Source: Podospora anserina (Eukaryota). Taken from it: 64,000 nucleotides of DNA. Position 1 is the first letter of the stretch. Every line of letters starts with the position of its first letter. The notes under the pieces were generated by a model that saw only the letters and a program-made list of their open reading frames with translations, had not been told where the DNA came from and ran no database searches. The stretch spans positions 3,472,001 to 3,536,000 of the forward strand of contig CM030338.1 of the NCBI GenBank assembly GCA_017654855.1. Reading direction: 5' to 3'. Position numbers and translations under genes: made by a program. Positions 62,151-64,000 of the stretch are shown here, piece by piece.

Positions 62151-64000
62151 ATGTCTCGCTTCTTCCGCGGCGGTGACGACAGCTCGAGCGAGAGCAGCTC
62201 TGAGGAGGAGGAGCTGTACTCCACTTCCGAGGACGAGGAGGAGCAGGAGGAGCAGGAGGAGTCTTCTGAGGAGGAGGAGGAGGAGGATGAGGAGTCCTCC
62301 AGCGACGATGAGGCCGGTCCTGCCAAGAAGGGTCTGTCTCGCTTCTTGCTTGACCAAGCATCCTCCGACAGCGAAGAGAGCGAGGAGGAGGGGACAACAA
62401 AGGTCAAGAGCGCCAAGGACAAGAGACATGACGAACTCGAGGCGACCATCTCCCTTATTCAGAACGGCCAGAAGATCAATGACTGGGGCTCTATTGCGAA
62501 TGGTTTGTGGTTGCTTGCCCATCTTGTCGCTCGTCTGCTAACATGTAGCCAGAATTCGACAAGCTCAACCGTCAAGTCGTCAAGCTCCAGGATGGCGGCA
62601 AGGCGCCGAAGAGCTACATTAAGTGCATTGCGGAGTTGGAGGACTTTATGAATGAGACCCTTGCCAAGCAGAAGGTCACCCCCAAGAAGATGAACGCCAC
62701 CAACGCCCGTGGTCTCAACGCCGTGAAGCAACGCGTCAAGAAGAACAACAAGGATTACCAGAGCCAGATCGATGCTTTCCGAAAAGACAGCGATGCATTC
62801 ATGGAATCCGATGACGAGGTCGCCCCCCCACCCAAACCATCCGCCGACAAGCTGCGTGTCAAGGAAACTTATATTCCCGAGGCGGCTGATGAGGATGAAG
62901 ACAAGGGTTTTGCCCGGGTCGACAAGCGTGGAAAGGCCATGCCCTTCTCTCCAGAGAGCATCCTCAAGCATCTCCGCGCCATTCTGGAGTCAAGAGGCAG
63001 GAAGAACACCGATCGTATCGAGCAAATCAAGATCATGGAGGAGCTCAGCAAGGTGGCCAACACCCCCTACCTCAAGATCAGAGTTCTCCAGGCTCTTGTA
63101 TCTGCCCGGTATGATCTCGGTGCTGGTGCCGGAAATGTGATGCCCCTTGAGCACTGGAAGGCGGCTGAGAAGGAGCTGTCTGCCTTGCTCAAGATTCTCG
63201 AGACCGAGAAGGATCACGTTGTGATTGAGAATGCTGAGGAGTGGGATGATGATGACAAGCAACCAACCCTTGCCGCTGGTGAGAGCTATATCAAGATCCC
63301 CGGCAGCATCGTGTCGTATATCGAGCGTCTTGATGATGAGCTCACCCGCTCCCTTCAGGCCATCGACCCTCACACGTCTGAATACATTGAGCGGTTGACC
63401 GACGAGGGTTCTCTGTACAACATTGTTCTGCAAGGTCTCCTGTACTACGAGACCATCCGCAAAGACACCTCGCTCGAAGTTCCCCAGGAGAGTCTCAACA
63501 GAATCATGCAAAGACGCCTGGATCATGTGTACTTCAAGGTATGGACCTTTCAGGCCCCGTCCAGTGTAATGCCTATTTGCTAACGAAAAATAGCCAGCTC
63601 AAGTCATCAAAATCTTGGAAGAGAACGCCTGGAAGCAGGTCTCTGCGGGCGTCGACTCCGCCATTACGCCCCGTAATAAGTCAGAGGATGCCAGCCAACT
63701 CGTCAACGTCCTTTGCAACTACCTTTTCGAGCACAGCGAAGGCATTATCCGTGCCCGCGCCATGCTCTGCCAGGTCTACTTCTTGGCGTTGCACGATGAG
63801 TACTACAAGGCCCGTGACATGATGCTCACATCTCACTTGCAGGAGAGCATTTCCAACTTCGACATTGCCACCCAAATTCTCTACAACCGTACCCTTGTTC
63901 AAGTTGGTCTCTGCGCCTTCCGCAAGGGTCTCGTGTATGACGCCCAAAACACTCTCCAAGAGATTTGCGGCAGCGGGCGCCAAAAGGAGCTTCTTGCCCA
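62151..64000 (+). CDS. NIP1: Translation initiation factor eIF3 subunit C, 5' part (runs off the window); exons 62151-62502, 62553-63538, 63594->64000
   Basis: [69 protein letters not shown] and [17 protein letters not shown]. Two canonical introns. Confidence 0.96.

Overview
Intron-rich genomic DNA from a filamentous ascomycete. The short GT-AG introns with CTRAC/CTAAY branch points and the gene content fit Sordariales, Podospora-like (inferred). I resolved about 16 protein-coding genes. Conserved genes: a Con7-type C2H2 transcription factor, AAR2, SNF8/VPS22, a Cys/His-motif hypothetical protein, a WSC/PMP22-family peroxisomal membrane protein, a hemerythrin-like protein, RAD26/CSB, a Myb transcription factor, a CorA transporter, an intein-free PRP8 and the 5' part of eIF3c. 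An accessory-looking block (~38-54 kb) holds a divergent SNF2-RING helicase, a divergent TauD/FMO pair, an orphan repeat gene, a secreted CBM52-type fusion protein and an aldehyde dehydrogenase. I recognised no RNA genes, intact transposons or CRISPR arrays. The most notable signals are: (1) a 1.7-kb strand-specific ATG-free zone upstream of con7; (2) a Myb gene whose only plausible ATG lies upstream of a single in-frame TAG; (3) an orphan gene with two 5'-UTR introns, nine (V/A)PVVF repeats and several overlapping open frames; (4) a tandem array of SUMO-consensus motifs in the SNF2-RING helicase; (5) a putative sulfur-scavenging module with CYS-3-like sites; (6) an intron 14 nt from the empty PRP8 intein site. 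Exon boundaries and counts were read by eye and no database searches were run.
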